This document shows, in pieces, positions 1-11,370 of a stretch of 32,368 bases of DNA (the first letter of the stretch is position 1; every line of letters begins with the position of its first letter). Location of the stretch: contig MCFE01000831.1 of NCBI GenBank assembly GCA_002104905.1, forward strand, positions 1-32,368. The letters are read 5' to 3'. Made by a program: the position numbers and the translations under genes. This DNA is from Basidiobolus meristosporus CBS 931.73 (taxonomy: Eukaryota > Fungi > Basidiobolomycota). The notes under the pieces were generated by a model, which searched no databases, had not been told where the DNA came from, and saw only the letters and a list, made by a program, of their open reading frames with translations.

Positions 1-573
1 GCACCTTTCTAGCTACCTTACATCTCTTTGACTTTTGTTTGGAGCTTTCAGCACTGCTTTAGTGGACTTTTGAGGGAAGAAGATGAGGAGCCCAACAATA
101 TACACCCCATCATTTGGAGCTGCTCATTAGTTATATAGGTGTAGGCAGCCATAGTTCAAACAAAATATAAGACAGTTAAAAAGAAGATTAGACCATTACT
201 CACATGTTTGACTGATGGATCTTGACCAGCTGATTACATCACATCACCCAAAGAAACACCAGAAGATGTGTAACTTACATCTGAGAGACTTAAGCAACTT
301 GCCATTGGTGATGGAAACCTAACACCAGAGGAGATCTTATTTTTTGAAGAAGCCTTGAAAAGTCATGATAAGGCTTGCTCAAATAATGACAAGGAGATGG
401 GGCTCTTAAAGACATTAGTTGAAAAACCTATCAAGATTCATACAGTGCCACACACACCCTGGTCATTCAAGCATTACCCACTACCCAGAGGACTCCAAGC
501 TGATGTGCATGATCAACTTTAGAAAATGATTGATGCTGGGATCTTACAGCCTTGCCATAGACCTTACACCAAT
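1..573 (+). pseudogene. Ty3/gypsy LTR retrotransposon pol fragment (pre-RT linker and RT N-terminus), left half
   Basis: Frame 1 reads VQTKYKTVKKKIRP...LTSERLKQLAIGDGNLTPEE...EMGLLKTLVEKPIKIHTVPHTPWSFKHYPLPRGLQADVHDQL*KMIDAGILQPCHRPYTN. This is the typical start of fungal gypsy RT. It has in-frame stops (e.g. TAG at 520-522) and breaks off at 573. Confidence 0.85.
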
Positions 574-587
574 ACCCTACAAAAAAT
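574..587 (+). repeat. Left terminal inverted repeat of the ACCCTA element
   Basis: ACCCTACAAAAAAT, inverted partner of 12959-12972. Confidence 0.75.
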
Positions 588-600
588 AATTTGGTCCTGC

Positions 601-1670
601 TGTGGTGGTGTATAGGTCTACGGGAGAGATACATCCAACACTTCTCAAGTGTTTTGCGTGTTGGGTATTCACTGGGTGCAATAACCTCTGGCAAAAGCTT
701 GCTAGGAATTCTTGGGTTCTGTCTCTAATCTAATGTGATGGGGAATAAAGCCACAAGCTTGTCAAGGGAAAACTATTGAGCTACAATCCCCAACTTGGTT
801 GGCATCTTAACAAATGTTTGTGCTGGGTTCAGCAGCCTTTGAGAGCACAATGTACAAAAGCTTCCAAAGTCAAAACAACAGTAAACTCCGCCAGCAGGGA
901 CTTGATAGGAATGCAGCTGTGGTCAATAGTTACAAAGACAGAAAGTAGCTTTGCCTGTACAAGAACAAACTTGGGAAAGAATCAAATATAATAAAAGGTA
1001 CCTACTCTGAGTATTCCTCACAAGTAGTGCCTCCAAGGTCAGTTGGCTGTCAGCATGGTTTCCTGGGAGTGTCCTGTGGTCTGGGGTTGGAAGTTCAGGT
1101 AGCAGCAGGTAGCAGTGATCATACTAATCAACAAGTCATTATATTGATAAAAGGGATGATGATTTATTGTTGAGGGATAGCCTCCCTTATATACTTTGCT
1201 TACTGGCTAAGTGATTACTAATCATGGTGTTCTAGAGGGTTCCAGATATCAGTAGAAATCTCAATGACATCAGAATGACCTAAGAATGTTCTAGGTAGGT
1301 GCCAGATGGTTCTAAGAGGTACAGCACATCCAACCAATCAGGAATCAGTATTCTGGAACCTGAGTAACATGGGGATACCATATATGGTATGGAAATGGTA
1401 GGGATGGTGACATGGGTTACTCATGTGTCATGGGTACTGGTGCAGGTACTTGCCTAATATAGAAGCACTGATAGCTAGTAATCTTACTCAAAGTGAGGGG
1501 TAACTTATGCAATAAGGTAAGCAGGTGTCATAGTCAACTGGCTTATGGGATAGTACTGATCAGGTAAGACAAATGGGATAAAACTAAAATAAGTGTAGTA
1601 GAGATATAGGGAAGTAGAAAATATGGTAATGAGCACATCTGTCAGTGGGTGTCACTGTCACCCCACTACA
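601..1670 (-). mobile_element. Solo LTR (about 1070 bp), probably gypsy-type, copy 1
   Basis: Starts TGTGGTGG and ends CCACTACA (TG...CA with short inverted ends). Flanked by CTGC (597-600) and CCGC (1671-1674), a 4-bp TSD with one CpG-type change. TATATAA on the minus strand at 1187-1193. Roughly 90% identical by eye to 3657-4679 plus 8099-8146. No coding capacity recognised. Confidence 0.8.
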
Positions 1671-2160
1671 CCGCGGGTGGATCCAATCTGGATCATCCAT
1701 CAAGATCCCGTTTAGAGGCCGTCATAATAACAGCAGCTTGGAATTAGTGACCCTCCTGACAATCTTATAACAAGATCATGACAGTGCTTTGCAAATTTTA
1801 CAGCCAAATAAAGAGATAAAACTTGATGATTTTTGATTGGTGCTGTGACAATTTTTACATGGTATTGTTGCCATCTTTCAGCTCTCTATTACTATTTTGA
1901 GTGGATCCAGTTGGCCAGGACTTCAAATTGCCTTATATGGCAAGAAACTGGACGGTATTTTGATGGCCTCACAACAATACCCTGATGGCTTTTTCTTGGC
2001 TGTATGATGGCCTGCCGCTGGTTCTGTATAATGTATCATACTAATATACCAAATGGTATTTCCTTTTTCTACCTCCCCTTGTGCAATTTATATATTCCAC
2101 TGTAGAATCACCTTTCTTTATTTGCTTACTCACTACTACCTTGGGTATTCCACATATACT

Positions 2161-3656
2161 TTAAATCAAAAAAAATATGACCTCCTGCTTACTAACCTCT
2201 ACAAATGTGCACACCAGCCACAATTGACATACTTCTATCACCTCAACTTTACGGCTTTTTAGTGTGATACTTGCAAAGTTGCCATATACCTTGTACTGCT
2301 GGTAGCATATACATCTTGCAAACATATGCTTGGTTGTTGCCACTTTTGCCATGAATACCTCCTGAATATTGACAAAGAACTTCTTGGTATTTAACCAGTA
2401 TATTCCTTCTCCCTGCTGGGTTCTAGTCGCCCTTATAGGTGCACTCTGGCTTTTGTTTGTGTGAATTCCGTTTTGAATAGTGTAGAAGTTGGCTTGTGAC
2501 CACAAGAAATCTGGCATATCTAGGTGGAGTTTTTGTGATAAATATTAGTTGCTTGTTGCACCCAACCTAACTTTGCAGTACTTAACTGAATACCCACACA
2601 TTGGGGCTGCTTAGCTTCTTAATGCCATAGGCATAGATGTCTCCATGTGTACATTTGTCCTCAGTATTTTCCACTCTTTCTGGCTGTCCTCCATGTGCCA
2701 ACTCATCACATCCATGGCAGACTAGAGGGTAATATTCTCAAAGAGATTTGGATATGGTATTACCTGCAACTTGACTTGTCTTTCTATCTCCCCACACATC
2801 CACTCCATAGGAAACTCCCAAAAGGTGAAGCAAGGCCCAATATTCTCCACACACTGTGCAAGATGGAGTAGAGAATGGATACAGTAGCGGCAGAGATCTA
2901 CGTGTTCAGCTTTATGTTTGTAGTATAGCCACTCATATCCTGACACAAACTCCTCACACAACAGCTGTAGATGCGTCAAGTTGGCATTGGTGATCCGCTT
3001 CTGGATAAATATTCCTACAATGTCCACATATGACTCCCAATGCTTCCAATGTACTCTTGGTAGGAATGGCTTCTGAACACCACTTTAATAAATACATATC
3101 CAGTTCATCCAGTCTTTGCATTTGTATTGTTGCGTATGAGTGAGAATATTGATTGGAGCACATGAGAAGTACTTAGGGTAGTGGATACTCTGTAATATCT
3201 TGCCAATTTTTTCAAATTTCTCCGGTATCTCATAGGGCTCATTTAGCTTGAAATGCCCCATGTACAACTTGGTCATCAGTCCAGGAATGTTGTTGAAAAG
3301 CAAATGCATTACTCCCAGTGGAAAGCTTTTGCTCCAACAGATACCCTCTATCTTAGGTATCTCTGGTTTCCAATTGATTCCATATTCTGGCCAATGGCTT
3401 ATAGCTTGCCAACTTTGCTGCAATTTCATGCTTACTTCTGGACATTCTCTCTGTGGAAAGATGATGTTCTTGGTGCTGGTGTTTGGGTAAAAATAATGTG
3501 TGTGAGTTATGGAGTAAATCCCCTGGATCTCACACATTTGACAGCAATACCATCCATTGTGCCCTGAAAAAACTGCTATCTTGCTGATGGCTGGGGTATC
3601 TCCAATGCAGATAATAATATGCGCTTTTACATGATGACCATTTACCATTATCCCGC
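2161..3656 (-). pseudogene. CACTA Tnp2-family transposase, C-terminal half (degenerate)
   Basis: Contains VKAHIIICIGDTPAISKIAVFSGHNGWYCCQMCEIQG, FPLGVMHLLFNNIPGL and HSLLHLAQCVENIGPCFTFWEFPMEWMCGEI (Tnp2 and DUF4218-like motifs). Track ORFs 3085-3750 and 2722-3027 share a frame across a TAA. The C-terminal part near 2161-2517 is less certain. Confidence 0.85.
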
Positions 3657-4862
3657 TGTGGTGGTGTATAGGTCCAAGGGAGAGATACGTCCAACACTTC
3701 TCAAGTGTTTTGTGTGTGGGGTGTTCACTGGGTGCAATAACCTCTGGCAAAAGCTTGCTAGGAATACTTGGGTTCTGTCTCTAATCTTATGTGATGGGGA
3801 ATAAAGCCACAAGCTTGTCAAGGGAAAACTATTGAGCTACAATCCCCAACTTGGTTGGCGTCTTAACAAAAGTATGTGCTGGGTTCAGCGTCCTTTGAGA
3901 TGACAATGTACTAAAGCTTCCAAAGTCAAAACAACAGTAAACTCCGCCAGCAGGGACTTGACAAGAATGCAGCTGTGGTCAATAGTTCCAAAGACAGAAA
4001 AGTATCTTTGCCTGTACAGGAACAAACTTGGGAAAGAATCAAATATAATAAAAGATACCTACTCTGAGTATTCCTCACAAGTAGTGCCTCCAAGGTCAGT
4101 TGGCTGTCAGTGCAGTTTCCTGGGAGTGTCCTGTTGTCTAGGGTTGGAAGTTCAGGTAGCAGCAGGTAGCAGTGATCACACTAATCAACAAGTTGGTATA
4201 TTGATAAAAGGGATGATGATTTATTGTTGAGGGATAGCCTCCCATATATACTCTCCTCACTGGCTAAGTGACTACTAATCAAGGTGTTCCAGAAGGTTCT
4301 GGATAGCAATAGATATTTTAATGACATCAGAATGACCTAAGAATGTTCTAGGTAGGTGCCGGAACATTCTAAGAGGCACAGCACATCCAACCAATCAGGA
4401 ATCAGTATTCTGGAACCTGAGTAACATGGGGATACCATATATGGTATGGAAATGGTAGCAATGGTGACACAGGTTGATCATGTGTCACGGGTACTGGTGC
4501 GGGTACTTGCCTAGTATAGGAGTACTTATAGCTAGTAATCTTACATAAAGTGAGGGGTAACTTATGCAATAAGGTAAGCAGGTGTGATGGTCAACCAGCT
4601 TATGGGATAGTACTGATTGGGTAAGACAAATGGGATAAAACTAAAATAAGTGTAGTAGAGACAGAGGGAAGTAGAAAATAGACTTGTTCTGTTGGATAGT
4701 GCCACATGGTGCCAGCCTGTTTATGGTGCCGGATCAATCTGGCACTCTACGGCATTATCTGGCACTATAATTTCTACCACAATGCCAGTGGTATGATACA
4801 GTTACTGGTAGTTTTACTCAATCTTACTTATGTTGCTCAGAATAGTGCTTTCCTTGCTTTAT

Positions 4863-5747
4863 TTACTCTTTATAATGCTCCAGACACATTTCTCTCAGTG
4901 GATGTCTTCTTGTATGAACATACTGTGCATTAATAAGTATCTTAACTATTTTACATATTCTGCTGTTTTCTCCTATATATGACTTTCCTCTGTATTTACC
5001 TGCCAATATACTGAATCTCTTCAGATATCCAAATGTGTGCTCTACCCTCACTCTGAAATGATTAAATATCTCATTGTAGAGCTTCTGCTTCCTGCTAAGC
5101 ACACCATTCCTTGGCTTCCTATAAGCTGTAATACATCCTAATCTCTGACAATCCTCTCCTATATAGGCTAAGTCTGCCATACATTTCTCCCCTCTACTGA
5201 ATTCAGGATGATTCTCTACCCAGAGTGCATTGTCATGCCTACTTCCAGCAAATGGCCCACTAAACCAGATGATGTTACCCTCAATGTCAGACAGTGCTTG
5301 AAACTTCACCCGGTGTGCCTTGTACTTGCCAGAATAAAAGTGCCTCTGCCCTCTAGAAGGTCTGTTAATCCTCACTGGGAAGGTATCCAAAATACTTCTG
5401 ATATGGAACCTGTTGCTGAACACTCTGGGATATGGAAGTCTATTGGAGCTTCTGAACCTAGTATTCCAAGCTTGCTCTAAGTCATTCATACCCTCTGCAA
5501 GGTGGTTCTCCATTGCTATCAGCTGGGAATGAAAGCTTCTAGGACTTTTGTTGCCATGAATGGTGGGATGAAACCTTGTAGGGCAATAGTTCTTATAATA
5601 GCAGCAAAGCTTAACAAGGGATCTCCTTGAGTAGATTGGGGTTGATGGTCCACAGTACCTGGAATAGATCACCTCTAGTGTGTCAAAAGGAAATCCAGTG
5701 GTAGTGATGGGATTGATGAGAAAAGATCATTCAGATGAGTAAGTCAT
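4863..5747 (-). pseudogene. DDE_Tnp_4 (Harbinger/IS5-like) transposase, 294 codons, one premature TGA at codon 7
   Basis: Catalytic-type motifs ILDTFPVRINRP, FYSGKYKAHRVKFQAL, GPFAGSRHD, MADLAYIG and RVRVEHTFGYLKRFSIL. ATG at 5747 (MTYSSE*SFLINP...) is in frame with track ORF 4863-5672 across a TGA at 5727-5729. Confidence 0.85.
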
Positions 5748-6106
5748 ATTAAAATTGATGGATGATTGTATGGAGGCGGTTTGAATCAATTTGGCGCAAT
5801 CTGCATTATTTATCTGATTTTTAATACATTATAGTTAAATCTCCATCAATTGCCATGTATCCCATCATTATGTTGCAAAAATCATCCACAAACAATGCCT
5901 TGGTACTTTTATTGATGCTTTAATCATGGGTCTATAATCAAATAGGAAATCTGCAATTGATGTGATCTGATCCGTGTCAACGCAATCCAAGATGCATCAT
6001 GCATAATATATGGAAAATTCAACATTCACATTAGTTTTCATATATATTTCATATAAGACCAGGTTGATGCCAATATACTGCTGTATAAGTATCCAAATCC
6101 ATTGCT

Positions 6107-7384
6107 ATGGTCCCCATACCAAGCCTCAACTTATCTTTTGTACAACCCAGACAAAACCCATCCCCCAGCTCACAGGCACGGTCCAGACCGGAGAAGTCAA
6201 TGTTGGATCCGTTTGAGTTCTCACCAAATGATTTTAGTATGGCCCAAGTGTCTATGACAAGCCTTCATACAGATATTTGGGCACTACTGATTAATCTAGC
6301 AGAACTAGATACCTCAGAGAGTCAACAAAGATGGAAGAATTTGAGTAGAAAGCTGTGGCATGAGTTCTACATCAAGATGCTAGCTGATGTATGTAAAAAG
6401 ATATATTACAAGACAAGTATTGAAATCAAGAATGAGCTGAGAGTGGGGGGATTTGACAAAGAAGCCGCATGGGAACAATTTCGCGTGCAATTTGCACAGT
6501 ACGGGCCAGACATGTCCATTTGTGCCTCAACTTTGTGAACCAAAGAGATTTTGAATGAGTTTTTGCCTCAAATAACTAATGTACTACATGATATATTAGT
6601 AGAGCTAAGTGGCTTCCAAGAGCAATATACACAGGACTCATCCAGGCAACAGCTCCAAAGTATCAGACAGAGGGTAAGTGAATACCTTGAGGAATCAGAT
6701 GGTGAGCTTCAGGAGAAAGAATACAGACTGCAAGCAACATCGTCCAAATTGCGCCAGCACGCCTTGCTGGATTCCCTACCATCTCTTGCCACCACAGTGC
6801 GCCGGCGCATGTCAGTCCAGACCACGCCAACACCCTTCACCAGAACGCCCCGCATTGAGTCAACGCGTGTTGGGTCAACACGTGCGCTTCAGAGCAAAAC
6901 TACAAGTACTTGCCAAACTGCTCATTTAGACACAAGTCCATTGGAGCGGACCAAGTCACATCAACATGCAGCATCACATTGAACTCAACCAAGGGCCATC
7001 TCAACGCGTCAAGGCGTGCCTGCGCGTGCCGTTTTGCCTCACCATCAGCAAGTTACCTCTTGTGAACTGACTGATGATGACCAACATGAAGTGCCTCAAC
7101 CACCAGAGCCCTTAGCAAGTAAAAGAACGCGTCAGCGCATGGCACTACAAGCCGGTTCAGTTGGTTTAGTCGGAGCAATTCAGCGCGGCCAAGCTGCAGC
7201 ATTGCACTCATCAACTAGGAGGCAAAATACTGACTATAAATACACAAGTAGCCAAGATGATAGTCAGCCAGGAAGTAGTATAGGTGTGCAAAGTGAGTCA
7301 CTACCAAATGCTTCAGTAGTAATCCCTGTGAGAAAAAACCCAGGAGAAGATGATGTGATTGCTTTGAATTGCTCACATTTGTAA
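6107..7384 (+). pseudogene. Accessory ORF2 of the Harbinger-like element (about 425 codons, two premature TGA)
   Basis: Track ORFs 6107-6538, 6551-6982 and 7016-7384 are all in one frame, separated only by TGA at 6536-6538 and 6980-6982. TATAA lies at about 6084. The N-terminal half is helical/coiled-coil-like and the C-terminal half is S/T/Q/R-rich. No domain recognised. Confidence 0.7.
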
Positions 7385-8150
7385 TGATCCCAACAACCCT
7401 TTTTTTTGCAATCCAAATCAAGCCATTGCAAATCAGTGATCATCAAATTTTTGATATAAGTAATATCAAGGTTGTCTCACATATGAGACAGAACCCCTAT
7501 AAATAAACACCCTGCATATATATACATCATCTGTAATACCAGTGCAGCTATTGGATCTGTTTTGCACCTACACAATTACTTGCGTGCTAGCTATGACACC
7601 TTGTCCAATCACTAGGATCAGGGATATACTTCCTCAATGGGCAGAATGTGATATTTGATGGCAAATCAGGTAGCTTTTTCAGTAGTAAATGAGCCAATTG
7701 GGGGCTGCCTGCTTCAGTATACTTTTGGACCAATTAACCACTGAGATACCATCCAATTGGAGTGAGGGTAACCAAAATGGTAAGTATCAGTGTAGTTTAT
7801 AGTGTGATACACATTTATTTCCATTTACATTAAAGAAACATATCCAAATACTGGATTTTACCTGCCATTATAGCGGTATCCAGTTGCGCACATGATGCAA
7901 ACATTACAAGTTGGCGCAATCATCCGTGCCAGCCTCATTGTGCCAGATTGTGCCATAGTGTGCAAGATTGTCCCACATAGTGCAAAATTGTCCATGAACA
8001 ATCCTGCCTTCTGGTAGCTATAATATTGCGCCCAATTGTTCTTTACAACCGCAGATTGCGCCGCGCACCCTGGCACAGTACAATGGAACAAGTCTAATAA
8101 GGGAATGAGCACATCTGTCAGTGGGTGTCACTATCACCCCACCACACCGC

Positions 8151-9307
8151 TGTAAAGCATACAAAGTTCATCCAGCAATGGATACAGGTAGCTATCCAGG
8201 TTGGATGGTGATTAAGGCCCATATACCAGTGAGACTACCATCAGATTATTGCTCTGATACCGTAAGATGGGCAGCTGACTCAGATTGATGAGAATCAGTG
8301 GCCAGCAAGATTTGCTGGTAGAGTTCTTGTTAGATGAGAATCCATCAAGAGCTAAACTAAAGGCATAGTATACATACCTTCAAAGTAGCCCTTGCTTCTT
8401 AGCTGTTTGTAATGCTTGCATTCAAGTATATTGGATATGTTTGTGCTTGATTGATACTGAGTGCAGTACTGTATAGCTTTGCAATATTTGTTGGACTGCA
8501 TCAGCTTCCTCAGATGGGGTATGACCAGAATATATCCGGAGTGTGACCAATATTTTCCCTCAATGGTGGTGGATTCCTGACAATTTGGACATGTTGCAAT
8601 GGTAGCATTTTGGATGTGAATGCCATGCAAGTGTTGACACATGCTGGAATCAGGACAGTCTCTGGATCATATGTTGCCAGCCACATGATGGTTGTGCACT
8701 TTCACCATGTACATGGTAAGTTGCATCCCAGTATGATTTTGGCAAGAAGTAGTAATAAATCCTCAAAGCCCCCATTACTGATATTAGTAGAAACGCACCA
8801 CTTCTCTAGCCACAACATTACATTATTCACCAGTAGATTGATTTCTGGGCTCACTTGGCCCCATAAAGTATCCCTGGGATTTGTTTCAATGGGTGTTGTC
8901 TCATTGCATATAGGGATTTGACCGGGCTCATACAAGGTACTGTTGTTATGGAAGATAGGCTCAAAATCCATCAGTGAACCTTCTTTGTCAGAGCTATCAC
9001 TCTGTGTGCCATATTCAGAAGGCTGAGGTGAGCCTAAAGGCATCACAAACTCACCTGACTCAGTTTGTGCAAGGTGACAAAGACTGCCAGGTGCTAATAT
9101 AGTAGTATCAACTGGCCAGCAAGATAATGTTGGTACAGTAGTGATCAATGAATGGTCAAATATGACTTGGGTGGCAAAACACAGGCCGTGATCCTTGTAA
9201 TACTTCCTATGCTGTCTGCATGCTTCATGGCTGAGAGGCTTGCCACAATAGCCACATGGTCTTTTTTCTCTTCTCTTACGGTGTTGAGTCAAAGTAGTCT
9301 TGTCCAT
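8151..9307 (-). pseudogene. CACTA Tnp2-family transposase, N-terminal half (degenerate)
   Basis: MDKTT...CGYCGKPLSHEACRQH (Zn-finger-like), IPACVNTCMAFT..CPNCQE, and YAFSLALDGF...SCWPLILINL...GP*SPSNLDSYLYPLLDEL. It has a TGA at 8702-8704 and two frameshifts, and joins 3656 after removal of the LTR. Confidence 0.85.
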
Positions 9308-9690
9308 GGGGCAAACAATTTGACCTTCAACAATGTAATGCTATTATATCACTTTTTGGTCAATACTCATGTGAACTTAAGACAGTCATGTATTTGAGAC
9401 ATTGCACCTACATAAATGTAAGATTCAATGATGACCCAACATAGTAAGCATTATAAGTAGAGTTGTGGCACCACATACACATGTATGTGTAACACTATTT
9501 CCCCTTTGGCTTGACTCACTTCCATATATATGCTGCCAAAAAATAAGAAAAGTTGTCTGGTTCTCAACCAAGCCCCACTGCTGACAGCAATGAAGAACAG
9601 TTGGACAATAGCTTGCTTTAACATTCAGTGCAACAAGCAGGGCTACATTCAAAAAAGGCCCTGTAGACAGTGTGCCCATTGAAGGTAATA

Positions 9691-10874
9691 ATGCAGACTC
9701 CTCAGGCTCTCAGTCAAGCAGGCAATTGAGAACCTTTGCGGAGCCACAAGCTGCCCCTTATGCTCAGGCAGATGAGGCAATTAGGTGCAGTGGCTGATAG
9801 GATAGATGCAATGGCCCAGAGAAATCAGGAAGTAGTCCAGAAACAGGATGAGTGGATAATATGTGTGGAGCAATCAATATCCCAGGTAGAGAAAGCAGTA
9901 TCATTGCTGCAAAGAAGGAACTCAAGTAGCTCAATGTCACAGCCAAGAATTGAGCCATTTCCTGATGTAACAGCAGAGGAACACTGTACAGTCTTTGAAG
10001 CACAACAACAGTGCCCAAAGATAAAGCCCACAGAAAAACCTATCACAGTGTGGGAGTGAGACAATGTAGTGTTTATACCAAAGCCTAAAAATCAAGAGAC
10101 ATTGAAGATCTGTAAAGCTGTTGAGTGCAATAATGAAGAGTGGGCTAATATACAAGAGGCTGTCAGAAGTCTAGCACACCATCACCTTAAGGCTGGCATA
10201 CCATGGGACCATCAGGAACTCAAGGCAAAGCAGAATGCACTTGACTTGTTCCATGATCATTATCTTGGATTCAAATTGGCAAATGGATTTTGGGTTGGCA
10301 TTGGTATACTTACAGAGTATCTTAAGAATAGCAGAAACTATCAAAGGCACAAGAACAAGGGTGCCATGGCTAAAAACCAGCAGCTTCCTCAAGAGCCCAT
10401 TACAGGCAGGGCCAAAAGCTCCAGACAAGCGTCAAACAGATGTCAGGCAGCTGGAAGAGTGCCAATTAAGGACAAGCAGGCATACATGGATGCACCAGCA
10501 CAGCATTTATCAAGGAAAAAGTGTAGTACTACTCAAGAAGCACCCATTCAAAGTAGCAGTGAAGGACCTGGCTGTGATAAAAACCATCCACTTTTACAGG
10601 AGCCTGTCACAACTACAGTTGAGAGCTAAAACAAGCTGAAAAGAAACATCAGGTTGCCAGAAGAGTGCCAGCAAGGGATAAGCAGGCCAAAACAGATGCA
10701 TCAGAGCAGAATTTATCCAGGAGAAAACATAGTTCTTTACAAGAAGCACTCAGACAAAGTAGCAGTGAAAGACCAGGTGGTGATAAAGGAGAAGGTAAAG
10801 GGAAAAATGTCTACCAAAGCCTGAGAAAGGGAGGCATGCAAAAAAAACAACAATTCTGTTGTGTTGTATTATGA
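9691..10874 (+). pseudogene. Putative accessory ORF of the CACTA-like element, divergent from the transposase
   Basis: One frame from ATG 9691 through TGA 9727-9729 and TGA 10057-10059 to 10629, then a 1-bp shift into track ORF 10665-10874. It has a coiled-coil-like N-terminus, a W-rich core (WANIQEAVRSL...IPWDHQE...NGFWVGIGILTEYLKNSRNYQR) and a duplicated 45-aa tail. Assignment to this element rests on position only. Confidence 0.6.
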
Positions 10875-11164
10875 TTAGTTTGGGGCTTGTTCTACAATGT
10901 AGAGGCTAATCAACAATATACAACAACTTCCAGTATAGTAATACTGAAATAGTTTATTGGGAGTTTAATATACCAATAGAAGGTAAACTTTCACTAGTTT
11001 CCTCAATCTTAGGCTCAGAGTATACTGTAGGCAGTGTTTATAACTTCTACAGCAGTGTTCTGACCTTCTGTTGACTAATGGGCTTATTTACTTTTATAGT
11101 AGCTTTTCCTTATTTGGAAGTCACTTTCCTTTCTGAGAAAATATTGCCTAATATGGAAGTTTTG

Positions 11165-11335
11165 AACTCCCCTTTAACCTAAAGGGGTGTGTTGTAGAAG
11201 CCTCTACAGGGGTCTTTAGACTGAAGGGGTGCCCAAAGGGGCTTCTTTAGAGTAAAGGGGTTTCTTAAAGGGGTCTCTAAAGGGGTCTTTAGACCAAAGG
11301 GGTGTCTTTAGAGTAAAGGGGTTTCTTAGAGGGGA
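11165..11335 (+). repeat. Subterminal array of about 10 AAAGGGGT-like motifs
   Basis: About 10 direct AGGGG-core copies and 1 inverted copy in 170 bp. TCTTTAGAGTAAAGGGGTTTCTTA occurs twice, near 11244 and 11306. Confidence 0.8.
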
Positions 11336-11358
11336 CTTTTCCAACAGAAAAGTGGCAG

Positions 11359-11370
11359 TTTCTTGTAGTA
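11359..11370 (-). repeat. Orphan canonical-type CACTA terminal repeat
   Basis: Reverse complement is TACTACAAGAAA, one C-to-T change from the classic CACTACAAGAAA. It sits directly outside the subterminal array. No partner end found. Confidence 0.6.

Larger units (their letters stand above)
4680..8095. mobile_element. PIF/Harbinger (PHIS)-type DNA transposon, 3416 bp, two divergent genes
   Basis: TIR AGACTTGTTC...GAACAAGTCT, extending imperfectly to about 24 bp, ending GTGCC. AAT on both flanks (4677-4679, 8096-8098). The reconstructed empty site has the same length as the uninterrupted LTR copy 1. Subterminal GTGCC/GGCAC/TTGCGC repeats occur at both ends. Confidence 0.85.
3657..8146 (-). 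mobile_element. Solo LTR copy 2 (about 1071 bp: 3657-4679 plus 8099-8146), split by a Harbinger-like element
   Basis: TGTGGTGG...CCACCACA with a perfect CCGC TSD (3653-3656, 8147-8150). Removing it restores the Tnp2 frame (PLLDELCMLYS-GIMVNGHHVKAH). Confidence 0.85.

Noticed and set aside
1941-1950. CAAGAAACTG as the missing left partner of the CACTA end at 11370
   Set aside because: The terminal five bases do not match (TATGG versus CACTA), similarity stops after 10 bp, and no inverted AAAGGGGT array follows.
467-4230. Track ORFs 467-694, 776-991, 3619-3804, 3958-4230 and the first 33 aa of 3085-3750
   Set aside because: They are translations of solo-LTR DNA, and their frames are not conserved between the two copies.
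601-8146. Treating the two 1.07-kb repeats as the paired LTRs of one retrotransposon
   Set aside because: Each has its own CCGC-type duplication, and the DNA between them is CACTA transposase and subterminal sequence, not gag-pol.
4863-10629. Alternative genetic code or programmed TGA readthrough
   Set aside because: The two host genes use TGG for Trp and have no in-frame TGA. CGA-to-TGA decay explains the pattern more simply.
11165-11335. CRISPR or telomeric array
   Set aside because: The units are 8 bp and irregularly spaced with no unique spacers, they are not TTAGGG-like, and they sit next to a transposon end in a eukaryotic context.
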